Assembly (NCBI GenBank): GCA_036785375.1
Contig: JAWMAR010000158.1
Coordinates: forward strand, 1,612,001 to 1,676,000
Source: Leucoraja ocellata
Lineage: Eukaryota
DNA length: 64,000 bases
Reading direction: 5' to 3'
Shown: positions 26,085 to 39,259 of the stretch, piece after piece
Layout: each line of letters starts with the position of its first letter
How positions within the stretch are numbered: position 1 is the stretch's first letter
Translations under genes and position numbers: made by a program
Notes under the pieces: model-generated
Seen by the model: only the letters and a program-made list of their open reading frames with translations
The model's database searches: none
Told to the model about the DNA's origin: nothing

Positions 26085-27949
26085 TATTGGTGCTTTCTAG
26101 GATGGTTGGAATTGAGTATTTTCTATTTATTTCAAGGGTGACAGAGAATGGATAATTCACATCCTAATCTGCGCAGGTATCATACATATTCCTATATTTT
26201 TCCAGTTTTATTAAGATTGTTGCACAGAAATCCCAGACATTAAGCTCGCAAAGCACCAGAGCAACATAAATCAGATTTTGTTTTACTGTTTGCATCGTTC
26301 TAGTTGAGATAAGTGTAAGATAAAAACTTTTAAACTTCACATTTGCAGAAACTATTACAATGGAATACCAATAAAAAAAGAAGAGCTTTAATCACTGAGA
26401 AACATCCTGTGCCTCATAATCACCTGTAATTAAGTCATTTTCTCATGAATGGCTCAGCAGGAATCTTTGCGAAACAATTGAGCACACAGTTTGACTATCC
26501 ATCCTGTGCTGTTGGTGGATGCAGGAGCACTGCAGTTTGCCGCTTGAATCAGGAGGGAAAATTAGAAGGGTTTGTGAAGGTGCGTGCACGGTTGTTGATG
26601 GAGGGGGTGGGATCAATTACCTAATATTTCTAAAGTCAAATGTCTGCTGCCTCTGTCCAAGTTTCCACCATAAAATTCAACAATGTTGCTGAAAAAACAT
26701 TGGGATGACATGGACAGCTGCTGAAAATAGTCTGAGAAAATATTGATTGGAAGAGAATGAAGAAAGAAGCACAAACCAACAGTTGACTGCTTTCAAATAT
26801 GACAACCTTAATTGTTCACAGAGTGTTGGTTTGACTGTCAAGCTCCAGCCTTTATGATAATGAATAATTAACAATGCCAATGAAGCCGGCTACTGATTTT
26901 GTTTGACAATATTCCATTTATAACCATATCACATACAAGGACCGTTGATTGTTCAACATTGCAGTCAATTACATTTGTGATTACAAAAGTTACCTGTACA
27001 CTTGAATGAAAGCATGTGCACCATGTCACAATGTACCAGAGACAATATGCAATTGGGTGCTGGGGCGACTAAGTGGCTAATTCAGGTTAAAATAATGCAG
27101 GATTTAAACTTAATAAGCTGTTCTTAGTCCCTTGAATAATGCGCCCTGAAATATACTTCTATCCACACAGATGAGAATGTGAATCATTCACCTAGAATAT
27201 TATTCGCTATAATTAGATATTAACTCACTCAATCGAATAAAAATCTTTCTTAAAATATACTATTTTGAAGTAATACAAATGAGGAATTATTTGTTACTTT
27301 TAGGCAAGGATCTTTCTAACGAAATGTTAAAATTCAGCTGTGCAGTAAATGTCAGTAATCAAACAGTTCAATTAAGCACAAAAGCAAAAATATATAATTA
27401 ATTCATTTCTTTTTTGTAACCTAAAGAAGAAGGAAGGCCTCCGTTTAATATCAATCACACAATCCCCTACTTTTGTGAGAGCCACCATGTACAAACAATA
27501 ATCCTTGAACAAGCCAAGTGCCGAATGTACTTTTCACAATGCAAGACTGCATTGTGTATTGTTCAGCTCTTCAATCCAACCTTGCTCAGTCTTTACTCTC
27601 TAAACTCACCTCATATACTTACATGTCCGGGGAAAGTAACCGTGTGCTCTACATATAATTAAAGGGAAGATACTTAATGGGCCACAGAGCCTTCATTACC
27701 CTGTGGGTCATGTACCAGTCATCAATCACCCTGCTACACATCCAAGCACAGAGCCATCTGGCATAAAGGCGTCAAGGCTTTATGTGTAGGAGAGACCATT
27801 TCCATTACTGCAAGTAGATGTGACCCAAATGTGCAGTGCCTAAGCTTTGGATGCTACATGAACAAAAAGAACACCAAGCAGGAGTCATTCAGCCATTTGT
27901 GCCTTACTCCCTGGTCCGCTATCCAATAACATTACAGCTGATTGGCGTG

Positions 27950-28626
27950 CAGTTACAGCAGGCAGTAAAGAGAGCTAATGGAATGTTGGCCTTCATAACA
28001 AGAGGATTTCAGTATAGGAGTAAAGAGGTTTGTCTGCAGTTGTATAGGGCTCTGGTGAGACCACATCTGGAGTATTGTGTACAGTTTTGGTCTCCTAATT
28101 TGAGGAGGGACATCCTTGTGATTGAGGCAGTGCAGCGTAGGTTCACGAGATTGATCCCTGGGATGGCGGGACTGTCATATGAGGAAAGATTGAAAAGACT
28201 AGGCTTGTGTTCACTGGAGTTTAGAAGGATGAGGGGATATCTTATAGAAACATATAAAATTATAAAAGGACTGGACAAGCTAGATGCAGGAAAAATGTTC
28301 CCAATGTTGGGCTAGTCCAGAAACAGGGACCTCAGTCTTAGAATAAAGGGGAGGTCATTTAAGACTGAGGTGAGAAAAAACGTTTTCACCCAGAGAGTTG
28401 TGAATTTATGGAATTCCCTGCCACAGAAGGCAGTGGAGGCCAAAGCACTGGATGGATTTAAGAGAGAGTTAGATAGAGCTCTAGGGGCTAGTGGAGTCAA
28501 GGGATATGGGGAGAAGGCAGGCACGGGTTATTGATAGGGGACGATCAGCCATGATCACAATGAATGGCGGTGCTGGCTCGAAGGGCCGAATGGCCTCCTC
28601 CTGCACCTATTTTCTATGTTTCTATG
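27950..28626 (+). mobile_element. CR1 (HER1-like) LINE, 3' fragment
   Basis: QLYRALVRPHLEYCVQFWSP...QRRFTRLIPG...YEERL..LGL.SLE.RR.RG.LIE.YKI, with a (TTTCTATG)n tail. Confidence 0.92.
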
Positions 28627-29034
28627 ATCTTTTACCAAATCATCACTCTCCTGTATTATCTCCATATCCCTTAATCAGCAGATCAAAAAATCCACTAGCC
28701 TAATATACAGTTGAAAACAAGATGCCTTGCCTTCAATGGTTGGTCATGCCAGCTAACGATGGCTTCATTGCTGACTGGAAATTGTTTCTGGAAATGTTCT
28801 GCTACAATGCTATGAACGATATTCAATAGACAATATACAATATTCCACACTTTGTATCTTTCCCTTAGCTCTATCTATTCTACTCGAGTTTGGCTGGATT
28901 GTATTTAATATAGTTTTATCTGATTTGATTGGATAGCATGCAAAACAAAGCTTTTCACTATCACATTACATGTGACACTAATAAACCTAACCCTGAACCT
29001 AAACCTATCTGGTCCTATACAGAAAATATAAAAG

Positions 29035-31140
29035 ATTAAATGTGTTGGTGTTGTAGATAGCAAGGAAGATCACTCAAGGCTATATGGTTAGAACATTGGG
29101 TGGAGCAAAACCAAATGCATTTGCAATTAACATGTTCAAAGTGATGCATTTTTGGAAAGGGTAGGATATGCACATTAAATTGTATGACTCTCGAAGGATC
29201 TTGGGCACAAGTCCACAGATCCCTGAAAGTGGCAGCATGGATGACTAAGGTGGTGAAGAAGGCATGTGGGATGGTGAGCTTTATTGGCCTTAGCATAGAT
29301 TATAAGAACTGGGACATCAAGATACAATGTTATAAAACATTGACTGGACCACTCCTGGAGTGGTGTTTGGAGTCTGGTTGCCACACCATAGGAAGGTAGT
29401 GATTGTGCTGGAGAAAGTGCAGAGGATGTACACTAGGATGTTGCATGGATTGGAGCATAGCTGGTATAAGAATAGCTTGACTTTGTTTTCCCTGGAGTGA
29501 AGAAGACTAGTGGAGGTTGACCTGATAGAGGTATTTGGAATTATGAGGGGTGTAGATGGGGTTAATAGTACAACTTTGTTTTTACCATGGTTGGGGATAG
29601 AAGAGCATAGATTTAAAGTTAGAGGGAGGAGGTTCTGCAAGAGGTAGCTTTAGAGATTGTGGAGGCATTAGTGGTTATCTTTCAAAAATCTTTAGGGTGG
29701 CACAGTGGCATAGCGGTAGTGCTGCTGCCTTACAGCGCTAGAGACCCGGGTTCGATCCAGACTACGGGTGCTTGCCTGTATGGAGTTTGTACGTTCTCCC
29801 CATGACCTGCGTGGGTTTTCGCCAAGATCTTGGGTTTCCTCCCATACTCCAAATACGTACAATTTGTAGGTTAATTGGCTTGGTATAAATGTAAATTGTC
29901 CCTAGTGTGTAGGATAACATTGGTGTGCTGAGATCGCTGATCGGTGCAGACTCGGTTGGCCCCAAGGACCTTTTTCCTTGCTATATCTCTAAACTAAACT
30001 AAACTAAACTAAACTAAACTAAACTAAATTAAACTAAACTAAAATCACTAAACTCAGGAATGAGCCCAGGGGACTTTTAAATTGTAAATGTTACTCCGCT
30101 ATTCAAGGAGTGAATCAAAATATGGGAAACTATAGGTCAGTTAGCCTGACCTCGGTGGTTGGTAAGATTTTATGTCAATTATAAAGGATGAGGTTCCCGA
30201 GTACTTAGAAGCACATAATACAATAGGACTAAATCAGCAAGGTTAATTCCCAGGATGGCGGGACTGTCATACGCTGAGAGAATGGAGTAGCTGGGCTTGT
30301 ACACTCTGGAGTTTAGAAGGATGAGAGGGAATCTTATTGAAACATATAAGATTATTAAGGATTTGGACATGCTAGAGGCAGGAAACATGTTCCCGATGTT
30401 GGGGGAGTCCAGAACCAGAGGCCACAGTTTAAGAATAAGGGGTAAGTCATTTAGAACGGAGACGAGGACACTTTTTCTCACAGAGTTGTGAGTCTGTGGA
30501 ATTCTCTGCCTCAGAGGGTGGTGGAGTCCAGTTCTCTGGATACTTTCAAGAGAGAGCTAGATAGGGCTCTTAAAGATAGCGGAGTCAGGAGATATGGGGA
30601 GAAGGCAGGAACGGGGTACTGATTGGGGATGATCAGCCATGATCACATTGAGTGGCGGTGCTGGCTCAAAGGGCCGAATGGCCTTCTCCTGCATCTATTG
30701 TCTATTGCCTTTGATAAGGTGCCACATGTGAGGTTGTTAAAGAAGATGACAGCCCATGATATTATAGGGAAGATACTAGCATGGAAAAAAGATTGGCTGA
30801 ATGGCAGAAAGCATAGAGTAGGAATAACGGGGACTTTTTCTGGTTGGCTGCCAGTGACAATTGGTATTCCACAGGGGTCAGTGTTGGGGCTGCTACACCT
30901 CACGTTGTATATCATTGGTCTGGATGGGGGAATTGAAGGCTTTGTGGCCAAGTTGGGGATGATACGAAGATGAGTGGAGTGCACTGCCTAAACGATGGTG
31001 AATGCAAATACTTACATTGCCAAGGCATAGAAGGCAATGGGTCTAATACAGGTAAAATTAGTGCATCTAGATGCAATGGACAGTATGAACATGCTGGGCC
31101 AAAGAACCTGTTTCTGTGTTGTACAAATCTATGACTATCA
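29035..31140 (+). mobile_element. Nested cluster of CR1 LINE fragments
   Basis: RT motifs NYR.VSLTS, AFDKVPH..LL.K and GIPQGSVLG. A younger CR1 3' piece at about 30240-30705 and a SINE are inserted within. Confidence 0.85.
29695..30041 (+). mobile_element. tRNA-derived SINE (HE1-like) with a long (CTAAA)n tail
   Basis: TGGCATAGCGG and GGTTCGATCC boxes. Inserted in a CR1 fragment. Confidence 0.88.
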
Positions 31141-32785
31141 GAGACTTTTGACTTCAAATGCTATTGGGTCATATATCATGGTCTCCTCCCTATAATGAAC
31201 TTGTCCTTGAAGTTTCCTCAAAGACTTTTTATTAATGTACAAAGCACAAAGGTCACACGATCCATTCCAAGGCTTCCTCAGTTTAAAAATGTTCCAATTT
31301 AACTATCTTTGCAATCATACATCTATGAGATGTCTCCCCACGTTTCAGATATCCGAACGCAAGAAACAAACAAGGCCTAAGTTTCACACAACCTGTGAGA
31401 CAGTACCTCCAAGAGTGGACCCTTTTACTAATCAACTGTGGAAGCTCCAGGGACCGGCAAACAAACAAAAAAAATACTAATCGGTGTGAATAAAAGCTCT
31501 TGTAAATTCCCCTCTGATGCAAAGGCACTGAAAGAACGTCCAGGCAATATAGCCTGCTGAAGACATATTCCCAACACCCCAATGCACATTCTCCTGTATG
31601 GGGTCACATTTAGTAACTCATCTTGCTCCTTTTCTGAATATCACAAGGAAATCTTCAATTACCGGTCCTCATCCTAAATAGTGTAAATGTTATCAAATAT
31701 CTAATTTATTGCAATATTTCCATAAAATGGCGTCATCTGCAACATTTATTTTCGGATAAAATCCATCAATCATCAGTCATCTTCATGAAACATTTATCCA
31801 TTTTGTAACACAGAGAACAAATGCCCTATGGCTGCTGAGCCACAAAAGGTGATGTACCAGAGCATGTGATGTAGATAAGGTTTTGAAGACTTAGCATGCA
31901 AGACATTCCCCATATTAACAACATCCTATTGATCCAAGCTGATGAAATATATTTACTCTGACCTTGTACGTTAGACAAAGCTTCTTATTGCCGTAATAGA
32001 TCGAGTGAACTTCATTAAAATAAATATCCTGCCACACAGTCTATATATTGCTCAGATGTTGCTAACAAAGGTTCCTAATAGCCCATTTGCATCATTGAAC
32101 ACAAATAGGTTCTTCAGAGTAGCTAACGTCCCTGTATATATCTTAAATGGCTGCAGTTCCCAAGGGATAGTCCTTTTAGTATAATGTGATTGGGCAGCCC
32201 AGGTTCAGATATTGATGTAATAGGAACAGTGTTTCCCTCAATATTTTATGTTGGAAGTTATAACGTGCTATATGCAGATTTAAAGAGCATGTAAATATGA
32301 AAGGAGTTATCTTTTCAGAAAAGCTGTGACTAATATGTGCATCTTGTAAATATTTATATCATTGGATCCTAATGTAGTTTCCAAGGTCGGCTTGTGTTTG
32401 CAAATCTCAATTAAGTGTACGATCTAGGAAACTAAAGTTTTGCAGAACCCATTTTCATCCATTACAAAAGTGTGGCAGTGTTCTTGGTAAGCATTCCAAT
32501 AGGAAATGATTAATTAGAGGCCAGATCCTGGGTGACAGCTTCAAGTCCTCCCAGCAGTTCTGAGAAGGAGTCAATATTAACAATGTTTTGATATGGATGC
32601 CATCTGCACACATGAGCAAAATATCCCCTCAGACCGAATAACTGTGGCGTCACTCTGATATGTTCCTCCAGGTCAGGAAATGGATGAATGCTGGGTTAAT
32701 TACTTGCTTTAGCATATACCCAATTTTTACCACCATTGAAGTTTATAAAGTAGGAAAAGAAAACAAATGCATGTCTCACCACTTA

Positions 32786-33535
32786 TGTAAATTGCTGATT
32801 CTAAGTTTCCCCCCAGTCTAGTTTCAGTCAAAAATCACTGAGTCAAGCACTTGCATATCTAAACTTTATTTTGATAAAACACAATTACAGTTCAACTGCT
32901 GTACCTAACCACCGCGGGTTCAATCCTCGTATCTGCCTGATCAAGCCCTCTAGGCCTCGCTCAAACAGAGACACTCCAGAAGGTCACGCAGTCCCAAGCT
33001 GCTTTCCCAGAAGATCGACACAGGACCTCGTGGCAGCGAACCTTTATAGGTTCATGGAACTCGAGGGGCCGAACCACATGGGGGTGGTCTCTTTACCATC
33101 CAATTACAGATACCGATTAATCCCATACATGACAAACATTTCCCTAATCCAATAATAGTGGCTAATACATTGTATGCAAACAGTGTTTCTCAGAGGAAAC
33201 GAACATTGCAACATTTACCCTGATATGCAAGAAAACCAGACAAGGCTCAATGCATCATCCAATCAACATTCAGTAAAATAAAGCTTTGCAACATTATTTA
33301 CAATGTGTATGTCTGGTTTGCATTCATCCAATCCATTCTATGCATTTTGCACCTAATTGGCAGGGTTCCCATTCTCTTCCAGCAGCTCAGATCTAGGCTC
33401 TCAACAAACTGGCACCATTCTGCAGCTTGTCCCATTTCCACAGAGAGCACTTGCAAATTGACCAAATGTCCTAGCAGGCCTGAAGCCTTTACTCAATTTT
33501 AGGGTCTGGCCTCCCCAATTTGAGCAGGATTAACA
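32786..33535 (-). repeat. 3' LTR of the ERV (750 bp)
   Basis: Colinear with 40003-41127. Minus-strand TATAAA at 33043-33048 and AATAAA at 32865-32870. Confidence 0.93.
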
Positions 33536-33548
33536 TTTCTTCCTTTTT
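33536..33548 (-). promoter_or_regulatory. Polypurine tract
   Basis: Minus strand AAAAAGGAAGAAA directly precedes the TGTTAAT start of the 3' LTR. Confidence 0.85.
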
Positions 33549-34059
33549 ATTATGTATGATAACCCATCATTTATGATAACCAAATAATCAAATAATCAGC
33601 TAACCAGATATACATAAGTGTGTCCATTACATTTCTCATCTATCAGCAACACAAGATGATGATGTTTCTTCTGAGAATCTTGTCAAGCTTCCCGAATTTT
33701 CGTGGGCATAGCTTTACAAATTCCATCTGATGAGTCTTCACCTCCCGAGTTTTCGTGGGCGCGAATTCCCTCCATCCGTGTTGTTGCCCATTCTTCCATC
33801 CTTTTCCATAGACTAACCTATAAACCTATAATTCCTGAAAAACGTGGGACAAAACAAGTTACCATTCATGCACCCATGCTTCCCCATACATTCACTGTAA
33901 TTCTGCAGTACTATTCCTTTTCCATTTCACTATTCTGCTCTATTATAATATATCACTGTATTCCTACTCATATTCTGTTCTATAATATACTATCCTGGGA
34001 TCAACACTATTCAGCCCTCTCCATATTCACATGCTGTTATAATATGTATATCTGATGAT

Positions 34060-34440
34060 GGGTTCTCATATAAATTTCAGCTGGGTTCAGTCCAGATTTC
34101 CCTACAGGCGTGACTCTTATTTAAAGCAAACCATGATAAATGTTTCAATTTAACCAAATTCAGTCTCAGCCTTCAATTTACTATTTTAACTTTCAATGTC
34201 CATCTCATCCTTCTCATTCCACAGCATTGGGGCCGATAGCACAATACCATTCCAATTCATGTGGAATTCCCAGCTGTTCAAATTTAAGCAATCAATTTCT
34301 ATATGCTGTCAATTTCATCATAAATCCAATTACGAATGCCGAATCCAGGGACAATTTCTTTCCATCTTGATAATTGTAGCTGCTTTACCATCAAGGGTTA
34401 AACAATTTAGATCCGTCGGTTAAATATGCATCGGCTCTAC
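34060..34440 (-). pseudogene. pol: ERV pol remnants (RNase H start and integrase core fragment)
   Basis: Manual minus-strand translation gives AYLTDGS near 34410-34430 (RNase H YTDGS-like). From about 34285 to 34065 it gives LGIPHELEWYCA / YRPQCCG..RMRWTLK / IRVTPVGKSGLNPAEI, resembling integrase [20 protein letters not shown]...RxTP..GLSPxEI, with frameshifts. Confidence 0.72.
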
Positions 34441-35359
34441 TATTCCTACACCCATTCAAGTTTCTCCCTCTTATTCACTAGACTTCTCCTCTAGTACTTC
34501 TTCCTTACTGTGTTGGCTCTGCTCTCAGTCTAGGGGTTCTTGCTTATACTAGTTCCTTTTATCTCTAAGTAACTCTTCTGGATGGTCAGTAATGACTTTC
34601 CAAGGGGAACTCATAAATTTTCAGTCTGCCTCATTATTTTATACTACCACCTTACGTTTCCAGGGTATGTCTTAATTCCTGATAGTTCTAGGTTCTGCCC
34701 CTGTCTTGATAGTAACTAAATAGTCCAGTCCCATCTTCGACTATCCTCCTATGGATGAAACCAGAATGCCAAGTTAACAGTCAATTCTCTAACAATTTTA
34801 AGACTGTATCCCATAAGCCCTCTTTAAATTAATTTATTTATAACTAAATTTAGGTGCAAAGTGAGTATTTTGCCCCAAACCACAGAGGAATTTATTTTTA
34901 TTCAAATCCAGTTCTTTAAAGAGGAGTTTCCTGTTTCTGGGGAGCTACATTACCTTTGCTGTCTTCTCAAGGGGCCTGTGTAGTATTTATTTCACTCCCC
35001 AGATAGTATGTTGTCTATTATACTGTCCTGCAGACATAAACTCAGTAACACGTTAGTGTAACTTCTTTCTCCACTCCCGTACCTCATGCACAATAAGTTT
35101 GTTTCTTCTCTCCCTAGTGCCCTTTCTTCTCCTTAGTTACCATTCCTTCTCACGCCAGTTACTTTGTTCCTTTTCTTATTTTCTTTATTGCCCCTTGATT
35201 TTTCTTCCGTCCTGCTATATTCTGTCCTCTCGCTGGGCTCTCCCTGCTCCAATGGCCCAATTGTGCACAGTTGTAACAAGCTCCTTGATTTACAATTTTC
35301 TTTGCTCTGATGGGTTTTCTGGGGCAGTCATAAGACGGTTTTCAATTTTCTTCTATGTG

Positions 35360-35477
35360 ATTTTCAGTTTTTACTACAATGTAATGTACTACAATTACTA
35401 ATGTAAAGCACTTTGGTCAACGAGAGTTGTTTTTAAATGTGCTATAGAAATAAAATTGACTTGACTTGACTTGACTT
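35360..35477 (+). mobile_element. 3' tail of an L2-type LINE or SINE inserted in the ERV
   Basis: ATGTAAAGCACTTTG...AAATGTGCTATAGAAATAAA followed by a (TTGAC)n tail. Confidence 0.7.
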
Positions 35478-35483
35478 AACAAT

Positions 35484-35594
35484 CAGTGGCGGACTGGCCA
35501 GGGTGTCTGCCTGCCCAATGGCAAGTGGGCCCCTGATGAAGTGGGCCCCCTTTGTCTCCTGGCAACCAATATTTTTAGACCCAGTCCGCCAATG
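35484..35594. mobile_element. 111-bp hAT-type MITE inserted in the ERV
   Basis: TIRs CAGTGGCGGACTGG and CCAGTCCGCCAATG (one mismatch). Perfect 8-bp TSD TTAACAAT at 35476-35483 and 35595-35602. Confidence 0.9.
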
Positions 35595-38500
35595 TTAACA
35601 ATAGTACATCCAATTCATTCATTCTGGTAAATTACTTGAGGGGGTTCCAGAGTAGGGGTCATGTCTCCACGTCCACAATTCCTTGACAGGTTGGTAGGTC
35701 AGGACTGAGAAAATGGGTTAGCTTGAGTGAACAGTATATGGCTTCTTGGTTCCTGATATTCAGGCTATCTCCCTCTCTTTTCTCTTGGGTCCCAGTAGTC
35801 GCTTGAATTAAAGGACCTCCCATAATTCCTGGGTTCTCGGATGTTTCTATATTCTCTAGGATCTCTAATTTCTTCGTAATCATGAAAATCCCTTTTTTGA
35901 CCCCTCTCTCTCACTCGCTCCCTTGTTGTACAAGCCCGACTCCAATGTCCCATTCCCCCACAAGTATAGCATTGATTAGGCAACATGGTTGGTTTTATTC
36001 TACCCCTTGGTTCCATTGGAATGGGTTCTAAACTGGGAGTGTAGTGATGATAATAATCTGAGTAATCTGGAACCCTAATTTCTCCCAAACCGTAATTTGC
36101 TGGTACTCTGGGAATCCATGGTTCAGAGTTGGATCTTGGCATTTCTTGCTTGGCTTATGCGTTCACTTTCTCTTGTAGTTACAGGAGAATTTTCCTGGTT
36201 CCTCCCCTCCTCCCAATAGTGCCTCACAGCTCTGGCCATTTGACTGACTAAGTTCTCAGACAAGTTCCTGTTATCAGTTTTAATTAAATCCGCTACTTTA
36301 ATGGGGAGACAATTCATATGATAGCACAATACTGGGGGGAACTTGCTCCATTCTGATAGTCTAAATCACTTGATTGGTCCATATATAATTTTGAAAAATG
36401 GTCTAGAAATTTGTCTGCTCCTTCACCCTTTTCTGGTTTTATTTCCAGAACTCGTTTATAATCGCCTGGTTTCTGAAAGGTTTTTGCAAGGGCCGTTAAA
36501 ACAGCCTCTTCTCTTGCACTGTCGTCAATTACTACTATTGCCACGGCTTCATACGTTGGGTGTCCAAGGGCTACTAGAAATTCAATATTTTCAGATGGAG
36601 TCATGATCTGTTGTATGGTCTCCCATAAAACCCGGGCATCTGCATGATATACACGCATTGTGGTTCTTAAATAATCGATAAAAGCAGCAGGTGACTTCCT
36701 TCTATCAGGGATTCTGTTTAGTACTGCCATTATTTCATGGGGCTTCCACGGAGTATTGAAGTCTGTGGCACGGGGATTATTCATACTTGCTGCACTGGTC
36801 GTATCTGCTGTGCCCAGCCCTTCCCTTACTGGGAACTGCCTATGGGATCTCCGTTTAATTTGTAAATTTTCGGTTATGTCAAAATCTCGGTATCTCAGTA
36901 TCTTCAATCACTGTCTCATCCTCAGATGAATCTTCCCGTTTGCTAGGGGTTTCCCGATACTGCCCAAATAAATTGTTCCTCTTTCTTACTACTCGTGTAA
37001 TCTGTCTAGGTTGTGGCCACAGAAATACTCTGGCGGTTTGCACTATATCTAACATACCTTCCTTTTCTAACACCGGAGCAAACCTTTTCGTTCTACTCCC
37101 AGTGCCATAAGCCACTGGACGATCTATCAATGATGGCGTGGATAGGATCGAAAAATCTGGTTCCCCAGTATCTGCTGTTGGTAGAATCTGTTCAGACATA
37201 GAATCTGCAGGAGTTGTTATAGATTCTGCAGACCTAAAATATTTATTACGGACACAAGTCATACACAGTGCTAGTGAAGCCTGGGAAACGCAAGAAGAAC
37301 ATAGTGGAAGCTGCGGACTTCCATTAGCGTTAACATTTGTCCACTCTTCCAAATATTCATTTCCTTCCCCCTCAAAGTCAGCATTAACCATCGGATTCCT
37401 AATCTTTAATTCTACAGGGACTAATTTCCTTCCAGGTGATCTGCTTTTCCCTTGTTCTGTGTGTTTCCCATCATCTCCACTCCTGTCCTTCCTACTGCCT
37501 GGAGGTTGATCTACTTCACTTTCTTTTAGTTCTATTCCGAGTTCCCAACTAGCCATTCTCTTAACCTCTTTATTCACCTTCCATTCCTCATAATATTTTC
37601 TCCATAACCCTATTAATTCTTTTGCACTTTCGTTATTATTATTCTGCCAAATAATCCATTCTATGTATTTTATCCCTTTTACTGTTCTAATGCCCCTCGG
37701 CGGCCATAGCTTGATTCCTAATTTCTTATTTAACGCTCCTGATAAATTTCTTAATTTCTCTGCCTTGTGAGGGAACTCATTACACATTAGTTGCAATGTG
37801 CTCCATTCCTCTTCTGTCACATCTTGATCTACATTATTCCCCATGCTTCCGATCACCTGAAACATAATTCCTAAAACCTTCCTTTTGATCCTTAAATCCC
37901 GATCTTAACAATGGCTAATGGCTCAAAGCATTCGCAGCCTTGCAACTCTTTACTCCTTTGTTCCACCAATCCTACTCTCCTATTCAAATTCTTCTCCTAT
38001 CTCCCACAAGTCCACTCCCTTTCAACCTTACAATTTTGTCAATCCCCAGTCATTCAAGGATCAGAGTACAGATACTCCAGAGAACAATCAAACATATCCA
38101 GGCACAATCAAACACATTCTCGTGCTCATTTAATCCTCAATCGAAACACCCAAAAATGATCTTCAGACATGCAAGTAATAGAGTACACAAGCAGGATATC
38201 ATGCTACCTATTACTATCAGGCACAACCACACTTCTACATAAACCACAAACGTTTGTTTATTATAAATCACGCACTCTAATAAATCCTCCTCGTGGCACA
38301 ATTGGACAGCGGAATAACTCCTCCCCCGACACAGCGATCGAAAGAGTACAACCCCTGATCGATCACCATGACTCAGATTCTCACAATACTACAATCCAAA
38401 CACTTACAAATATTTAATTCAAACACATTTCCACCTCAAGTATCTAAATCCGTAAACACTCACACAAGCAGCAATACAAATAGCGGTCTGCGGACTTCAC

Positions 38501-39259
38501 ACACTCTAAATCTTACTTTCAAAATCTTAATACACTACATTTATTTACATACACGGAATATTTACACAATTCGGATCCGATAACAACACAGAAAGCTAGA
38601 TTTTTACAATTTACAAAAATGATTTAAAAACACTAGCGCACCGTTTACAAACACTCGATCTCAACGTCACGCTGTTATCAATCAGTGAACCTCTCCCACT
38701 GATACTGAAGATTTTCCCCTTCCTAGGTTACTCTTTGCTGAGGGGTACTACTGCTTAAATTACAACTTTTCCTGTCAAATGTTACTATCCTCACGATAAG
38801 ACTGGACTTCTATAGGGGGACCTCTATCCCTCCTCTCTAAGTTCTACAGAATTAGGGGTACCCTTCGCATTCGGATTACTTTTCACCAAGTAAACCAGGT
38901 TCCCATCTCTCAGGTACTCTTCGCTATCAGGTACTAATCAACAATCGATCATAGGTTTACTATTCACTGTTGATCAGCCGCTATTCGGAATCGATCACGG
39001 ACATGCACAAACTCTGAAGTTCTATCTACAAGAATTCGAATTCTACCTTATGGGCAGAACTTCAATGTGAAATTCTGTATTTGGAAATTTGATTCTGCAA
39101 ATCTAGACTCATTCTCAAACTCCAAGTTTTAGTGCGTATCCCTCCTTATATATGGGTTCTCGAATCAAACTAAAATTGCCCAATTAAATTCTCGAATGGA
39201 CTAAAGTATTCCCAGCCAATCTATACTCTGACCACTGAGCCCAGTACCTTTACAAGATT

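Larger units (their letters stand above)
35150..37865 (-). pseudogene. gag: ERV gag, frameshifted and interrupted (MA-like, CA-like and NC regions)
   Basis: Overlapping ORFs 37865-36879, 36907-36314, 36329-36123 and 36142-35765. N-terminal MGNN at 37844; LWPPRG resembles the MA WPxxG motif; capsid-like TPWKPHEI...PDRRKSP; MHR-like KPEKGEGADKFLDHF; CCHC knuckle CYTCGGMGHWSRAC at 35930-35971; second degenerate knuckle at 35237-35278. Confidence 0.88.

Noticed and set aside
31150-32780. Faint RT-like words on the minus strand (ADDAIL near 31735, LGCP near 32195)
   Set aside because: Isolated short motifs. This may be a very old LINE but it cannot be supported by eye.
34860-34900. Possible retroviral protease active-site remnant (KFLC / GAKYSL) downstream of gag
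   Set aside because: No DTG or DSG in any frame. It needs a frameshift and substitutions, so it is too weak to call.
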